A stretch of DNA of 64,000 nt from Candidatus Heimdallarchaeota archaeon (lineage in GTDB: Archaea > Asgardarchaeota > Heimdallarchaeia > Heimdallarchaeales > Heimdallarchaeaceae): the NCBI GenBank assembly GCA_021399345.1, contig JAAFKI010000112.1, forward strand, positions 64,001 through 128,000. The letters are read 5' to 3'. Shown piece after piece: positions 13,626-24,386 of this stretch. Position numbers and translations under genes: made by a program. The notes beneath the pieces were generated by a model. That model had not been told where the DNA came from and did no database searches. It saw nothing but the letters and a program-made list of their open reading frames with translations. Position 1 is the stretch's first letter, and every line of letters begins with the position of its first letter.

Positions 13626-15329
13626 ATGATTAACATAAAAAAACATAAACTAACAATAAAAGTTTGCTTAACTGTTCTTCTTATTGCACTTTTATTAATT
13701 CCACTTTTGAGTGATGGAAATATTGGAAGTATAGTTGAAGATGAACAGATATCTGAAATAAAGCTATTTACAACAGTTGGAATCGTAATTAATGATACTA
13801 ACATAGCATCCTATAGCTCCTCAGGAACAGGTGCAACTGGTGACCCTTATATCATTGACAATCTAATGATCAATACAACAGATTCATTAGCAGTTGATTT
13901 TAAAGGTGTATCATCAACAACCTACTATGTTCTTCGTGACTCTCATCTGATAGGTTCAACTTATGGGGCTTACTTTCATGATTCTATGACAGGAAAAGCT
14001 TCTGTTATCAACTGTACAGTTGAGGGTGCATTGTCAATCGGAGGACCTAACGCTTTGTATCTAACTATTCACAACAATACGCTTAAAGCAAGACAGAGCT
14101 CTAACTTTAGAGAAGGTGTGAAATTTACAAACAACGTAGTTTATTTAACAAGTGATTACTCTAGCTCCATCTTTCGAATAACAGATGAAAACAATATTGT
14201 AGAGAATAATATTTTTTATGGAAATTCTTCAGCGATTAGAATAAATCGTGTTACAAATACCACTTTTAGAGATAACATCCTTCACAGTTCAGGATTCTAT
14301 TTCTCTGATGATGAAATTGAATATATTTTGAATAATACATTTGAAAACAATATTATCAATGGTAAACCTTTTGGATTTTTATATAATCAAAATGATGAAA
14401 TTGTAACTGACGACCAATATGGACAAATATATCTAGTTAACTCAACCAACGTACTAATAGAAGACCATTCTTTTGTTGATGTATATTCCGGAATTCAAAT
14501 CTATAATTGTACTGATATTTCTGTAAGAAATGTGGAAGTGAAAGCTAACACAGGAATTTATGCAGAAAATGTTGAAGAAATATTGATAGAAGATTCTAGC
14601 TTTGAAGGGTACCGTGATGCAATGCAATTTGAAGGTGTAAATAATAGTATTATTCAAAACAACTACATAACTGATTTTGAATATGGTTTGGAATTTGAAT
14701 ATATGAATAATGTCCAGATAAATAATAATACTATAGTAAATATGCTTGAATATGGACTTACCTTAGACGAGGTAAGTAATGTAGATATAAACTTCAATAT
14801 CATAACTTGCTTAATGCAAGACGAAGGGAGTGAAATACCCATAGTAATATGGTCATCAGAAAATATAACCGTATTTTATAATGTCTTTATTAGCACAGGA
14901 AATCAAACAGCTCATATGGCAGAAGAGTGGTCAACGACAAATATAATGTGGTATGATGCAACTTCAGAAATTGGAAACTTTTGGTCAAACTGGAATGAAA
15001 CAGGAACTTATGCAATAGAGGGTGATGGAGGAAGCATTGACCTATATCCATTCTTAGACATAGATGGAGACAATCTTACTGAAATTGAGGAAGTATTAAT
15101 TTACTTTACAGATCCTTTCACTGCCGACAGTGATGGGGATGGGTTCTCAGATTATGAGGAAATACAAACTGGTACTGACCCATTGGACAGTAAGGATTAC
15201 CCTGGAAGAGGTAGAGTCTTAGGAATTGTCTTAGGCTTAGTATTTGGACTAGGTATAGCTGCAGGTGTAGCTGTCTTCTTCCTGTCAAAGAAAGGTATAA
15301 TTAAACTACCCAACTTAAGAGGAAAATAG
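13626..15329 (+). CDS. Cell-surface parallel beta-helix protein with Ca-binding DxDxDG repeats and a C-terminal TM anchor
   Basis: Signal peptide, GTGATGDPYII, Asn-rich beta-helix repeats, GNFWSNW, DIDGDNL/DSDGDGFSD and a C-terminal TM helix with basic tail. Confidence 0.85.
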   Translation: MINIKKHKLTIKVCLTVLLIALLLIPLLSDGNIGSIVEDEQISEIKLFTTVGIVINDTNIASYSSSGTGATGDPYIIDNLMINTTDSLAVDFKGVSSTTYYVLRDSHLIGSTYGAYFHDSMTGKASVINCTVEGALSIGGPNALYLTIHNNTLKARQSSNFREGVKFTNNVVYLTSDYSSSIFRITDENNIVENNIFYGNSSAIRINRVTNTTFRDNILHSSGFYFSDDEIEYILNNTFENNIINGKPFGFLYNQNDEIVTDDQYGQIYLVNSTNVLIEDHSFVDVYSGIQIYNCTDISVRNVEVKANTGIYAENVEEILIEDSSFEGYRDAMQFEGVNNSIIQNNYITDFEYGLEFEYMNNVQINNNTIVNMLEYGLTLDEVSNVDINFNIITCLMQDEGSEIPIVIWSSENITVFYNVFISTGNQTAHMAEEWSTTNIMWYDATSEIGNFWSNWNETGTYAIEGDGGSIDLYPFLDIDGDNLTEIEEVLIYFTDPFTADSDGDGFSDYEEIQTGTDPLDSKDYPGRGRVLGIVLGLVFGLGIAAGVAVFFLSKKGIIKLPNLRGK

Positions 15330-15448
15330 TATTTTACCTCTCTCTTCTCTTTTTCATCTATTTTTGAATAGAATGTCCATTCTAAAATTTTGTATTTTAA
15401 GCATCTTTTTAACATCAAGAGCAAAATTTCTTGTAGGAGATAATTAAA

Positions 15449-16375
15449 ATGAGTGAAAAATGGACACCCAAGAATGTACCTAATCTTTCTGAAAAGGTTT
15501 TCATCGTTACAGGTGCAAACAGTGGTATAGGTTTTGAAGCTGCTAAAGAATTTGCACGCAAGGGTGCGAAGACCATTCTGGCTAGTCGCAACTTAGAAAA
15601 GGCAAAGAAAGCTTTATCTAAAATTCAAAAAGAAATCCCTGATTCTTCTGTTGAAATTATGCAACTTGATTTAGCAAATTTGGAGTCTGTGAATAAATTT
15701 GCTTCTGAATTCAAGGAAAAATATTATCGTTTAGATGTGCTTGTGAATAATGCTGGAATAATGATGGTACCTTATCAAAAAACAGTAGAAGGATTCGAGA
15801 GTCAAATAGGTACAAACCATTTTGGCCACTTTGCTTTAACTGGACTATTATATGATTTACTTATGAAAACAGAAGACTCACGAGTAGTGAACGTAAGTAG
15901 TAATGGTCACAGATTTGGAGAGATGGATTTTAATGATTTCATGTTTGAGGATAGCAAGGAATATTCAAGAGTGAAAGCTTATGGAAATTCGAAGCTAGCT
16001 AATCTTTTGTTTACTTATGAATTGAATAGGAGATTCAAAGAAGCAAATGTTAATGCAATTTCTGTTGCAGCACATCCTGGTATGTCAAATACAAATTTAG
16101 CTGACCATATGATGGGGTGGCTTGCACCAATATTGAAGGGATTATTTGGTTTCTTTATGCAAAGTGCAGCTAAAGGAGCACTTCCCACCATTCGTGCATC
16201 TGTTGATCCAGAAGTTAAAGGCAGCGATTACTACGGTCCTAGAGGACGTAATGAACATAGAGGTTTTCCTATCAAAGTAGAATCTAACGAAGCTTCTCAT
16301 AATGAAGAAGATGCGAAGAAATTATGGGAGCTGTCTGAAAAACTAACTGGTATTAAATTTGGATTTGAGCAATAA
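15449..16375 (+). CDS. SDR oxidoreductase (retinol dehydrogenase/WWOX-like)
   Basis: TGANSGIG, NNAG, NHFGHF, YGNSK and AHPG. Confidence 0.92.
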   Translation: MSEKWTPKNVPNLSEKVFIVTGANSGIGFEAAKEFARKGAKTILASRNLEKAKKALSKIQKEIPDSSVEIMQLDLANLESVNKFASEFKEKYYRLDVLVNNAGIMMVPYQKTVEGFESQIGTNHFGHFALTGLLYDLLMKTEDSRVVNVSSNGHRFGEMDFNDFMFEDSKEYSRVKAYGNSKLANLLFTYELNRRFKEANVNAISVAAHPGMSNTNLADHMMGWLAPILKGLFGFFMQSAAKGALPTIRASVDPEVKGSDYYGPRGRNEHRGFPIKVESNEASHNEEDAKKLWELSEKLTGIKFGFEQ

Positions 16376-16416
16376 AGTAGAATAAGAAAAAAAGAAGCAA
16401 AGAAGAATGGAAAAAA

Positions 16417-17217
16417 TCATTTCTTCTTTTTAATAGTTACAAGACCCATAATTAGAAGAGCAAACAATCCATATAGCCACTCATAAGGAACAGCAATTTC
16501 ATCTATACCAGTTTCTAAAACAACTCTAGTCTCTATAGTGGAACTTTTTTCTATCAATTCAAGGTAAACTCCAACACCCCATTCGACATTATAGGTAAGT
16601 TTAGAATAGTAAGTATAGCTTAGTTTTGCAGCTCCACCACTAAAAATTACTACAGGTGGGGCTTTATATTCTTCTTCAATAGTAAACGTTTTGTCAGTTT
16701 TCTTAACCTTTAAAGAACCATCCTCGTCATAATCAAGTTCCGAATAGTAATCATAGAGATAGTCAAAATAGTTCACTTCTCCACTAGCAAATGTAATTGT
16801 TGTAGGTACTATATATCCCGCATAGAGTCTTTCATCCCTTTTCCATACTCTCCAATCAACATTTGATATATTATCTGTGATAAAGACATCATTGAGATAA
16901 AAATCACTCCAGGATTCACTTCCAGTATACAGAATAGCTGGATGTGTTAAACCCATCTCATCTGGATCTTTAGTAACATTAAGATTAAACACATCACCAA
17001 CAGTTAAATTATGACCAGGATAAATTTCCCAATTTTCAGCAGCTGGATCAGTAGTTTCGAAAGTTGTAAGCTCCCAACTAATTTCTGTACCAGGTACTAT
17101 TTTATCAGAATAACCTAATCCGATAATTTCACTCCATTCAGGAGGTTGAGCTGTAAGTGTAAAGGATGAGAAGGTAAGTAAGAAAAGAGCTAAAATAGCA
17201 AGTACATTTTTTTTCAT
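16417..17217 (-). CDS. Secreted/surface protein with a C-terminal PxxW-TM-basic sorting tail; paralog of 56854-57762
   Basis: Signal peptide after a GGTGA RBS; ends VPYEWLYGLFALLIMGLVTIKKKK. Confidence 0.75.
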   Translation of the reverse strand: MKKNVLAILALFLLTFSSFTLTAQPPEWSEIIGLGYSDKIVPGTEISWELTTFETTDPAAENWEIYPGHNLTVGDVFNLNVTKDPDEMGLTHPAILYTGSESWSDFYLNDVFITDNISNVDWRVWKRDERLYAGYIVPTTITFASGEVNYFDYLYDYYSELDYDEDGSLKVKKTDKTFTIEEEYKAPPVVIFSGGAAKLSYTYYSKLTYNVEWGVGVYLELIEKSSTIETRVVLETGIDEIAVPYEWLYGLFALLIMGLVTIKKKK

Positions 17218-17503
17218 ATTTTTCACCATTTTGTTTTTTTTTGAGATTATTATCAAGCTAGAAGCTTTGTCGTTTAAACTAATATAGTTTTCCTAGATAT
17301 TTATTAAAGAGCTAAATTAAACTGTTCTAAAGATAGAGCTTTAGTTTTTTTATTCTTTAAAAATCATCTAAAATACTTCTCAAAGAAAGATTCTGGACCG
17401 TCAATCCAACACCAACGAAAGATAATCCAATGAATAAATGAAGACATACCCACGCTTAAACAAGAGAAACAGGCGTAAAGATATGTTATTTAAGCGCATA
17501 AAA

Positions 17504-17770
17504 CTAGTCTTTCTCCGATCTTGTTTCTAAATCTTTAATTTCTTTACCCTTAAGAATATTATAGGTGCTTCTACGAGTACTTGAGGTTTCTTGTCCTGTT
17601 TTCTTCAGAAAATTGAATAAAGCTATAACACCTAGAATAACGAAGAAAAGGATTACTCCGAATAATATATAGAATACAATCATTCCAGTAACAATTCCTA
17701 ACACCAATAATGTTATTAAAACTAAAATGAATACAGTTATTCCACCATTTATTGAACGACGACTTCTCAT
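17504..17770 (-). CDS. Small 2-TM membrane protein
   Basis: Hydrophobic hairpin followed by a charged tail. Confidence 0.6.
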   Translation of the reverse strand: MRSRRSINGGITVFILVLITLLVLGIVTGMIVFYILFGVILFFVILGVIALFNFLKKTGQETSSTRRSTYNILKGKEIKDLETRSEKD

Positions 17771-17919
17771 ACTACACTTAGATAACAATTAACCATTATA
17801 AGTTTATTTTATCTAATACCCTCCTTTCCTTTGCTAGAAAAGCAATGCAAAAATAGTATGGTACCACTAATCCACAAATAAATGACTGTGAGAGTATAAG
17901 TTTCTAAATCTTATACTCG

Positions 17920-19584
17920 TCACTTCATTTCCGATATGTGCTTTGCTGCAACATACCCAAAAGTCATTGTAGGCCCTACAGTTGCACCAGGACCGGGATA
18001 ACTGTTTCCCATAACAGATGATGAACTATTACCAACAGCATATAATCCCTCAATTATTGATCCATCTTTTCGCAAAACTTGAGCATGTTCGTTAGTAACA
18101 AGACCTCCTTTGGTTCCTAAATCTCCAGGAACAAATTCTACTGCATAAAATGGCGATTGCTCTATAGGATATAGATTTGGATTGGGTTTAACTTTTGGAT
18201 CTCCATAATAATGGTCATATGCGCTGTCGCCCCTACCAAAATCTTGATCCTTTCCTTCTCTAGCAAAGTCGTTAAAGCGTTTAACGGTCTCACTTAAATT
18301 TTGTGTATTAACATTGATTTTCTTAGCTAACTCTTCCAATGTTTCAGCAGTTTTAATATATCCACTCTCAAAATATTTTTCAGGAAACTTCATCCCTGGG
18401 AAAACTAATCCAAACATATATTTCGATTTGAAACGTTGATCAAAAATGAAATAACATGGGACATGAGCTATTTCTTCTGAATGTTTTTCATACATATCAT
18501 GTACAACTACAACATAACTTGCAGATTCATTAGTAAAACGCTTACCTGCTTTGTTAACCATAATTCCTCCAGGGTAACCTCTTTCACCAACATGGAAGAA
18601 AGGTGGTTCTTCATGTGGAGCAGATGAGGGACCCCACCAAGCATCATCCATAAGATCGACAGCAGCACCATGTTTCATTCCTGATAAAATCGCGTCTCCA
18701 GTATTTCCAAAATGTGCTGATGTCCATTCAGTTGTTATAGGTTGGGGGTGATATTTTTCTCTCATTTCTAGGTTATGTGGAAAACCTCCAGCTGCAAAAA
18801 TTACACCATGTTCAGCTTTTATTCTTATTTCAGAACCTTCTTTCTTAGCAATTACACCAACTACTTTGTCTTTTTCCAATATTAAATCTTCAAAGGGTGA
18901 GTTAAGCCAGAGAGGAATGTTATCATCTTGCATAGACTTTCTCAACCTACCAATTAGAGCATTCCCTAAAGTAAGGTGTCTATAGCGAATCAATAAACCA
19001 AAGATAGCTCGCATCCCTGCTTTAAGAGCTGTCCATTTTCCAGCCCAAGTTGACATAATCATTCCTAAATTATGATACTCTGAGATAGAAAAACTAATTC
19101 CAAGAGGAACATCATATGGTAATGCATTAATATGTTTCAAATCTTTCTTGAGTTTTCTTCCGTTGAACGGTTTACCTTCTAGAGCTCGACCTTTAGCTAT
19201 TCCACCAGGTCTTTCTGGATGATAATCCGAGTAGTTTGGAACAAAAAGAAATTTGACTTTGGTATTTTCCCTCAACCAATCTATCATTTTAGGAGCATTA
19301 TCTAGATAAGCATCTTTGAATTCTGAAGGAACACGATCACCTACAGTATTATCCATGTAAATTCTAGCTTTTTCTATTGAATCTTCAACACCATATTTCT
19401 TCAGAAGATAATTATTTGGTATCCAAACTCCTCCTCCAGAAAGAGCAGTAGAACCACCATAATATTGTGACTTTTCTAAAACTATAACATCTAAACCAGC
19501 TTTCTTCGTCACAAGAGCTGCTGTCATTCCCCCTCCACCTGAACCGACAATTAAAACATCAGTTGTATAATCCCACTTTGTCAT
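17920..19584 (-). CDS. kstD: 3-ketosteroid-delta1-dehydrogenase-like flavoprotein
   Basis: GSGGGG FAD motif, GGSTALSGGGVWIPNN, DYHPERPGG, DDAWWGP, GDSAYDHYYGDP, PGDLGTKGGL and SYPGPGATVGP. Confidence 0.8.
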   Translation of the reverse strand: MTKWDYTTDVLIVGSGGGGMTAALVTKKAGLDVIVLEKSQYYGGSTALSGGGVWIPNNYLLKKYGVEDSIEKARIYMDNTVGDRVPSEFKDAYLDNAPKMIDWLRENTKVKFLFVPNYSDYHPERPGGIAKGRALEGKPFNGRKLKKDLKHINALPYDVPLGISFSISEYHNLGMIMSTWAGKWTALKAGMRAIFGLLIRYRHLTLGNALIGRLRKSMQDDNIPLWLNSPFEDLILEKDKVVGVIAKKEGSEIRIKAEHGVIFAAGGFPHNLEMREKYHPQPITTEWTSAHFGNTGDAILSGMKHGAAVDLMDDAWWGPSSAPHEEPPFFHVGERGYPGGIMVNKAGKRFTNESASYVVVVHDMYEKHSEEIAHVPCYFIFDQRFKSKYMFGLVFPGMKFPEKYFESGYIKTAETLEELAKKINVNTQNLSETVKRFNDFAREGKDQDFGRGDSAYDHYYGDPKVKPNPNLYPIEQSPFYAVEFVPGDLGTKGGLVTNEHAQVLRKDGSIIEGLYAVGNSSSSVMGNSYPGPGATVGPTMTFGYVAAKHISEMK

Positions 19585-19762
19585 AAAAAATTAACAATTC
19601 TAACCTTATTAAGTGTTTATGGAAATCAATTAATTATCAATATCAATTCTTTTTGTTTCTTTTAAGATGTAAAGAGAGTCAATTGTTACCCACTCATTCA
19701 TCCTTAGATCATCAAATCGAAGAAATATAAAAAAACTATGGAGATGATTGGCTTTTTTTGTG

Positions 19763-20587
19763 TTACTTCGACTTCTCGTGTTTGAGATGTTTAACCATCA
19801 ATCTGCTTGCTGATAACATCCATGCAGTTAAGCTAATCATTAATAACCATTCCCAAATTGGTGCCCATTGCCATGTCGGTAAAAAGGTCCAGAATTCATC
19901 TGTATACCATAAATAAGGCACCGTATAGAAAAATGCAAAGCATACCGGCGTAATAATCCATGAGTTAATGATATAGAATATTCTTACCCTTCGAATTTTC
20001 GATTTGTCTAACCCTAACTTGTCCCTAAGGATATCGGGAAAAATTATAAATTGCGAGGCGACCAAAATTCCACTGCCCATGAAAAGATAAAATGCAATAT
20101 CAGCAGTCAGATCATGCCACGGGTAGCCGATCGGAAAGAGCAGATCCCATACTTCGCCAACATCCTCTGAAATTACTCCTGTAAAAAATAAGCCCAGCAT
20201 GCCGATCAGCATACTGATGGAAGTCAAGTACGCCAATATTTTTCTGATTAATTTCGAACCATCCCCTTGAAGGAGAATTATCAAATAGAGAGCGGGTGAT
20301 ATCATGAGCAAGGCAGTGGTCATCATGGCCCAATTCATGATGATCGGCATCGGGGTAAGATCTTGATTTCCAAGATCACTGATGTAGTTTATGAGGGGAT
20401 TAAATCCCGCAAGGTCAGTTGTAGGTCCAATGGGATCTAATTGGGCAATCAGAAGTGCAACGATGGTGCCCCCAATCCACGTGATAACAATTCCAATCCA
20501 ACTCAGTTTCACAACCTTAGGGGAGGTTAGAAATCGATAACACATTTGTGATTTTTCTTTAATCTTCATCAGATGGTTTTCCATCAA
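19763..20587 (-). CDS. DUF998-like multi-pass membrane protein
   Basis: NYISDLG motif, 5-6 TM helices, H in TM4 and WEW near the C-terminus. Confidence 0.7.
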   Translation of the reverse strand: MMENHLMKIKEKSQMCYRFLTSPKVVKLSWIGIVITWIGGTIVALLIAQLDPIGPTTDLAGFNPLINYISDLGNQDLTPMPIIMNWAMMTTALLMISPALYLIILLQGDGSKLIRKILAYLTSISMLIGMLGLFFTGVISEDVGEVWDLLFPIGYPWHDLTADIAFYLFMGSGILVASQFIIFPDILRDKLGLDKSKIRRVRIFYIINSWIITPVCFAFFYTVPYLWYTDEFWTFLPTWQWAPIWEWLLMISLTAWMLSASRLMVKHLKHEKSK

Positions 20588-20824
20588 AGTACTATAAAAG
20601 GATTTAATGAGGGGAGCAATGAATAAAAATCGAAAAAAACAAATATCTTGCTTCTTTGCCTTGCTTATTGAATTATTTATTATTTTTCATTTTGCTGCAA
20701 AGACATTCATCTTCCAGTAAGGTCGTTCATACAAGAAGGCACCTTATTAGATGATGGTTACTAGTGTAATTAAGTATCCAAAACTATATTATTTCATTCA
20801 CATTTGATTCATTAGATAGAAATC

Positions 20825-21604
20825 TTGGTGATTAGAACGAAAGTTACTGTATTTGTTGGTAGTGCAAGAAAGAAGCATACTTATAATAATTCTGAAAGAT
20901 TTTTGCAAAATTTACAATCATTTGGGGATTTAGAATATGAGATAGTTCAGCTAAATGATTATGACTTAGAAATATGTATTGGTTGCAAATTATGCTTAGA
21001 CAAGGGTGAAGAATTATGTCCATTGAAAGATGATAGAGATATACTGATCGAAAAAATGATGGAATCAGACGGAGTAATTTTCGCAACGCCTAATTACTCT
21101 TTTCAAGTATCTGGAATGATGAAAGTGTTCCTCGATCGACTTGGTTTTATTTTTCATCGTCCAAGATTTTTCGGGAAAACATTCACCAGTATAGTTGCAC
21201 AGGGAGTATATAGAGGTAAAAAAATTGTAAAGTATTTCAATTTCATTGGAAGTGGATTAGGCTTTAATGTTGTCAAAGGTAGTTGTATAACAACACTTGA
21301 ACCAATGACAGAAAAAGGTCAGAAAAAAATTGACAAGATAATTGACAAACATAGTAAAAGATTCTATTCAAAATTAGTAAAACAAGAATACCCAACTCCT
21401 GGCATGTTTAAGCTAATGATTTTTAGAATGGCACGGTCAAGCATAAAACAAATGCTTAATGAGAATTTTCGAGATTATACTTATTATATGGAAAATGGAT
21501 GGTTTGATTCTGATTACTATTATCCTGTAAGATTAAATCCACTAAAAAAAATGGTTGGTAAATTCTTCGATATGGTGTTTAACAAGATTTATTCTAGACC
21601 CTGA
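20825..21604 (+). CDS. Flavodoxin-fold iron-sulfur flavoprotein / NAD(P)H-dependent FMN reductase
   Basis: GSARK, CIGCKLC-x6-CP and FATPNY...MKVFLDR. Confidence 0.85.
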   Translation: MVIRTKVTVFVGSARKKHTYNNSERFLQNLQSFGDLEYEIVQLNDYDLEICIGCKLCLDKGEELCPLKDDRDILIEKMMESDGVIFATPNYSFQVSGMMKVFLDRLGFIFHRPRFFGKTFTSIVAQGVYRGKKIVKYFNFIGSGLGFNVVKGSCITTLEPMTEKGQKKIDKIIDKHSKRFYSKLVKQEYPTPGMFKLMIFRMARSSIKQMLNENFRDYTYYMENGWFDSDYYYPVRLNPLKKMVGKFFDMVFNKIYSRP

Positions 21605-21635
21605 AAATTATTAACAGCTACATAACCTTTTGAAT

Positions 21636-22118
21636 CTAGGATAAGAAGGATAAGAAAGCTAAGGTGAAGCTACTTGCCTCTTCTTTCCAATTGTTCTGTA
21701 ACATTACCTTATTCCAATTTTCTCCAGTTCCATCACCAGTACGGATTGGGAGAGTTTTTTCGAGTATTTCAATTTTGGGAAGAGCAGTGGAAATCTGGTT
21801 CTGGATAGTTATGGAAACATCATCACCAGTGTAGCAATTAAAGACAGCTGCTTTTTGCATAGTTGATGCTTGTCTAAGTTTCCCTAATTTCTCTATATAT
21901 TTTCTAAGAGTGCGAGCAGGTTGACCAAAATGTGTTGGACCACCTACCAATATTGCTACTGGTTGGAACGCAAGTAAATTTGCTGGTTTAGTCTTTTTAG
22001 TTCTGAATAGTTGAACCTCATGACCACCATCTTTTGCTTTTTCTCCTAAGAATTCTGCTAATTGTTCCGTGTTACCGTACCTACTATCATATAAAATTGC
22101 GATTTTCATTTCATTCAC
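21636..22118 (-). CDS. Flavodoxin-domain protein
   Basis: YDSRYGNTEQLA and VGGPTH. Confidence 0.85.
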   Translation of the reverse strand: MNEMKIAILYDSRYGNTEQLAEFLGEKAKDGGHEVQLFRTKKTKPANLLAFQPVAILVGGPTHFGQPARTLRKYIEKLGKLRQASTMQKAAVFNCYTGDDVSITIQNQISTALPKIEILEKTLPIRTGDGTGENWNKVMLQNNWKEEASSFTLAFLSFLS

Positions 22119-22275
22119 CTCTTTTTTTCATCATTTCTTACTTTTTTAAAACCTCTTGTGAATTTGAAAGCCTTCGAGAGTGTTGCAGATTAAAAGTCCT
22201 TAAGTATGTTCATGCGAATGTCATTAAATATATGCAAGTATCTCATTAAAAAAAGAAAAGTTATGTTTCTAACCG

Positions 22276-22686
22276 TTATTTAAATTTATCGTATTTGAAA
22301 AAGAATTCTAGAAACATTGAACCTTGAATCAGGTCAGGTACTAAAATTAGAACCATTGCCCAGCTACATCCACTTATAGGAGTTGTAAGGGCTAGTATAA
22401 AGTATATTACAGCTGTTAGAAAGAATAGGATTTTAGATATTCCACCAACTAGCGCTAGGCTTCGTGCCTTTGGAAGATCCTTCATTGCTAAGAAGTATGC
22501 TATTGCAAGTCCAAAGACAAGAACTATAACTAGGTGTAGGAAAATCAGGCTTGGAGGATTCTCAATTCCAAAGGCAGGTAGAAAACCTGCAATGAAAATA
22601 GGTAGCAATCCAAAAAGCAATCCTGCGCCAAGGTTATAGAGAACTCCTGAAAGGAACATATACTTATAGTATTTCTCTTTGTCCAT
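22276..22686 (-). CDS. 4-TM membrane protein
   Basis: Four hydrophobic segments. Confidence 0.7.
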   Translation of the reverse strand: MDKEKYYKYMFLSGVLYNLGAGLLFGLLPIFIAGFLPAFGIENPPSLIFLHLVIVLVFGLAIAYFLAMKDLPKARSLALVGGISKILFFLTAVIYFILALTTPISGCSWAMVLILVPDLIQGSMFLEFFFKYDKFK

Positions 22687-22865
22687 TTAGTTTCAAATCC
22701 TGTGTTTATAAGTTAAACACAAAAAATAGGTAATGAGTTGAAAAATTTAAAGTTTTCGTGATTCAGAAGAGATATATATTACAAAGGAATTTTTCGCTCT
22801 TTTTTAAGAAATATGAATCCTAAAAAGTATGAGGGGAGGGGTATGATTATGTCATAACCTTCAAT

Positions 22866-24110
22866 TTAATCACTTGCGGGCATAGTAATTGGAATCTTCT
22901 TTTTATTTTGGTTAAAGCTTGTAGCTTGATTTGATTTGGATTGTTTGCTTCTATCAGTTCTTACTTTGTCGAAACTTAGCCTTTGTATTGGTTTCCTCAT
23001 GAAGTCTTCTATTTTGTTAAGCACTTCCATTTGTTCATTAGTAACTAGTGAAATTGCTTTTCCTTCATTTTCCATTCTTGAAGTCCTTCCTATTCGATGA
23101 ACATATATTTCAGGTCCTTCCCTTGGCAAATCAAAGTTGAAAATATGAGTTACATGTGGAATGTCTAGTCCTCTTGCGGCTACATTTGTGGCTATTAAGC
23201 AATCAATTTTCTTTTCTCTGAAACTTCTCAAGACATACTCTCTTTGACCTTGTGTTTTATCACCATGCAAAGTGTTGAATCTTAAACGCAATCCTCTTTC
23301 TTGAGATAAGCGTTTTTTTAGTTTATCTGCCCATCTCCTTGTATTAACAAAGATAATTGCGGATTTAGGACGTTCCTTTCTGAGTATAGAAACAAATGTG
23401 GAATATTTCTTGTCAGGTTTGACTCTGTAATAATACTGTTGACAGTTTTCTACTGTTAGATCATCCTTGCTAACATTTATCTCAACCAAACTCTCACCAT
23501 TACTAAACTGATGAGCAATTTTTCTTATCTGTTTAAGCATGGTAGCTGAAAAAAGTAATAAGCGAGGATAAACACCTCTCATTGCATCAAAAAGAATGTA
23601 TTGGATATCTGGAAGGAATCCCATATCAAGCATTCTATCAGCCTCGTCAAGTACTACAAACCTTACATCCCTAAAGGAAATAGCTTTTCTTCTGTATAGA
23701 TCCATAAGTCTTCCTGGAGTAGCTATAACAATCTGTGCTCCAGCCTTAATCTCTTTTCTTTGTTTCTCGAGAGAGACTCCACCATATATTTCAACGGCTT
23801 TCAATTTTCTATATTTATTCAATTTAGTAAACACACTGTACACTTGTTTACATAATTCTCTAGTAGGTACTAATACAACAGCTTGAATATATCTATGTTT
23901 AGGATTAATCTGGTTTGTTATTGGAATCGCGAAAGCTAATGTTTTTCCAGTTCCAGTTTTAGCTTGACCAAGGATATGTGTTTTTCCCCTATCAAGAAGT
24001 CTAGGAATCGCTTTACTCTGAATTTTGGTTGGATCATAAATCCCCATATCGTTTAAAGCGAGTTTAATTTGATTATTTAAATCGTAATCTTGAAATTTCA
24101 TTGATACCAC
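22866..24110 (-). CDS. DEAD-box RNA helicase (CshA/DeaD-like), copy 1
   Basis: Q motif, AKTGTGKT, PTREL, TPGR, DEAD, SAT, ARGLD and HRIGRTSR. Confidence 0.95.
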   Translation of the reverse strand: MVSMKFQDYDLNNQIKLALNDMGIYDPTKIQSKAIPRLLDRGKTHILGQAKTGTGKTLAFAIPITNQINPKHRYIQAVVLVPTRELCKQVYSVFTKLNKYRKLKAVEIYGGVSLEKQRKEIKAGAQIVIATPGRLMDLYRRKAISFRDVRFVVLDEADRMLDMGFLPDIQYILFDAMRGVYPRLLLFSATMLKQIRKIAHQFSNGESLVEINVSKDDLTVENCQQYYYRVKPDKKYSTFVSILRKERPKSAIIFVNTRRWADKLKKRLSQERGLRLRFNTLHGDKTQGQREYVLRSFREKKIDCLIATNVAARGLDIPHVTHIFNFDLPREGPEIYVHRIGRTSRMENEGKAISLVTNEQMEVLNKIEDFMRKPIQRLSFDKVRTDRSKQSKSNQATSFNQNKKKIPITMPASD

Positions 24111-24207
24111 TTTTTTGGTTTAACCTAAAATCAAGTATCAATTCCTTGAGGCATGATTTTAAGTAATTATTTGGACGTTGAAAAAAACTTAAGCAAATAA
24201 TCACTTA

Positions 24208-24261
24208 TTTCTAATCTTCCTCAACTACAAGAGTTCTTGTTGGCAGTGCTTTAAAAGACTT
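24208..24261 (-). promoter_or_regulatory. Promoter and conserved 5'-leader motif shared by both DEAD-box helicase genes
   Basis: GCTTTAAAAGACTT (24248-24261) and TTTCTAATCTTCCTCAACT (24208-24226) match 44375-44388 and 44335-44353 with identical spacing. Confidence 0.7.
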
Positions 24262-24386
24262 CGATTGAACAGATTTAAGGGGTGCCTTCTTTTTTTTCTT
24301 CAGTCTTGAAAATTAATTTTCTAGATTAACGAGATGTTGGATAAAATTGATAAAGAAGACTAAGAATGTGTTGAGAAGGTAAAGAA

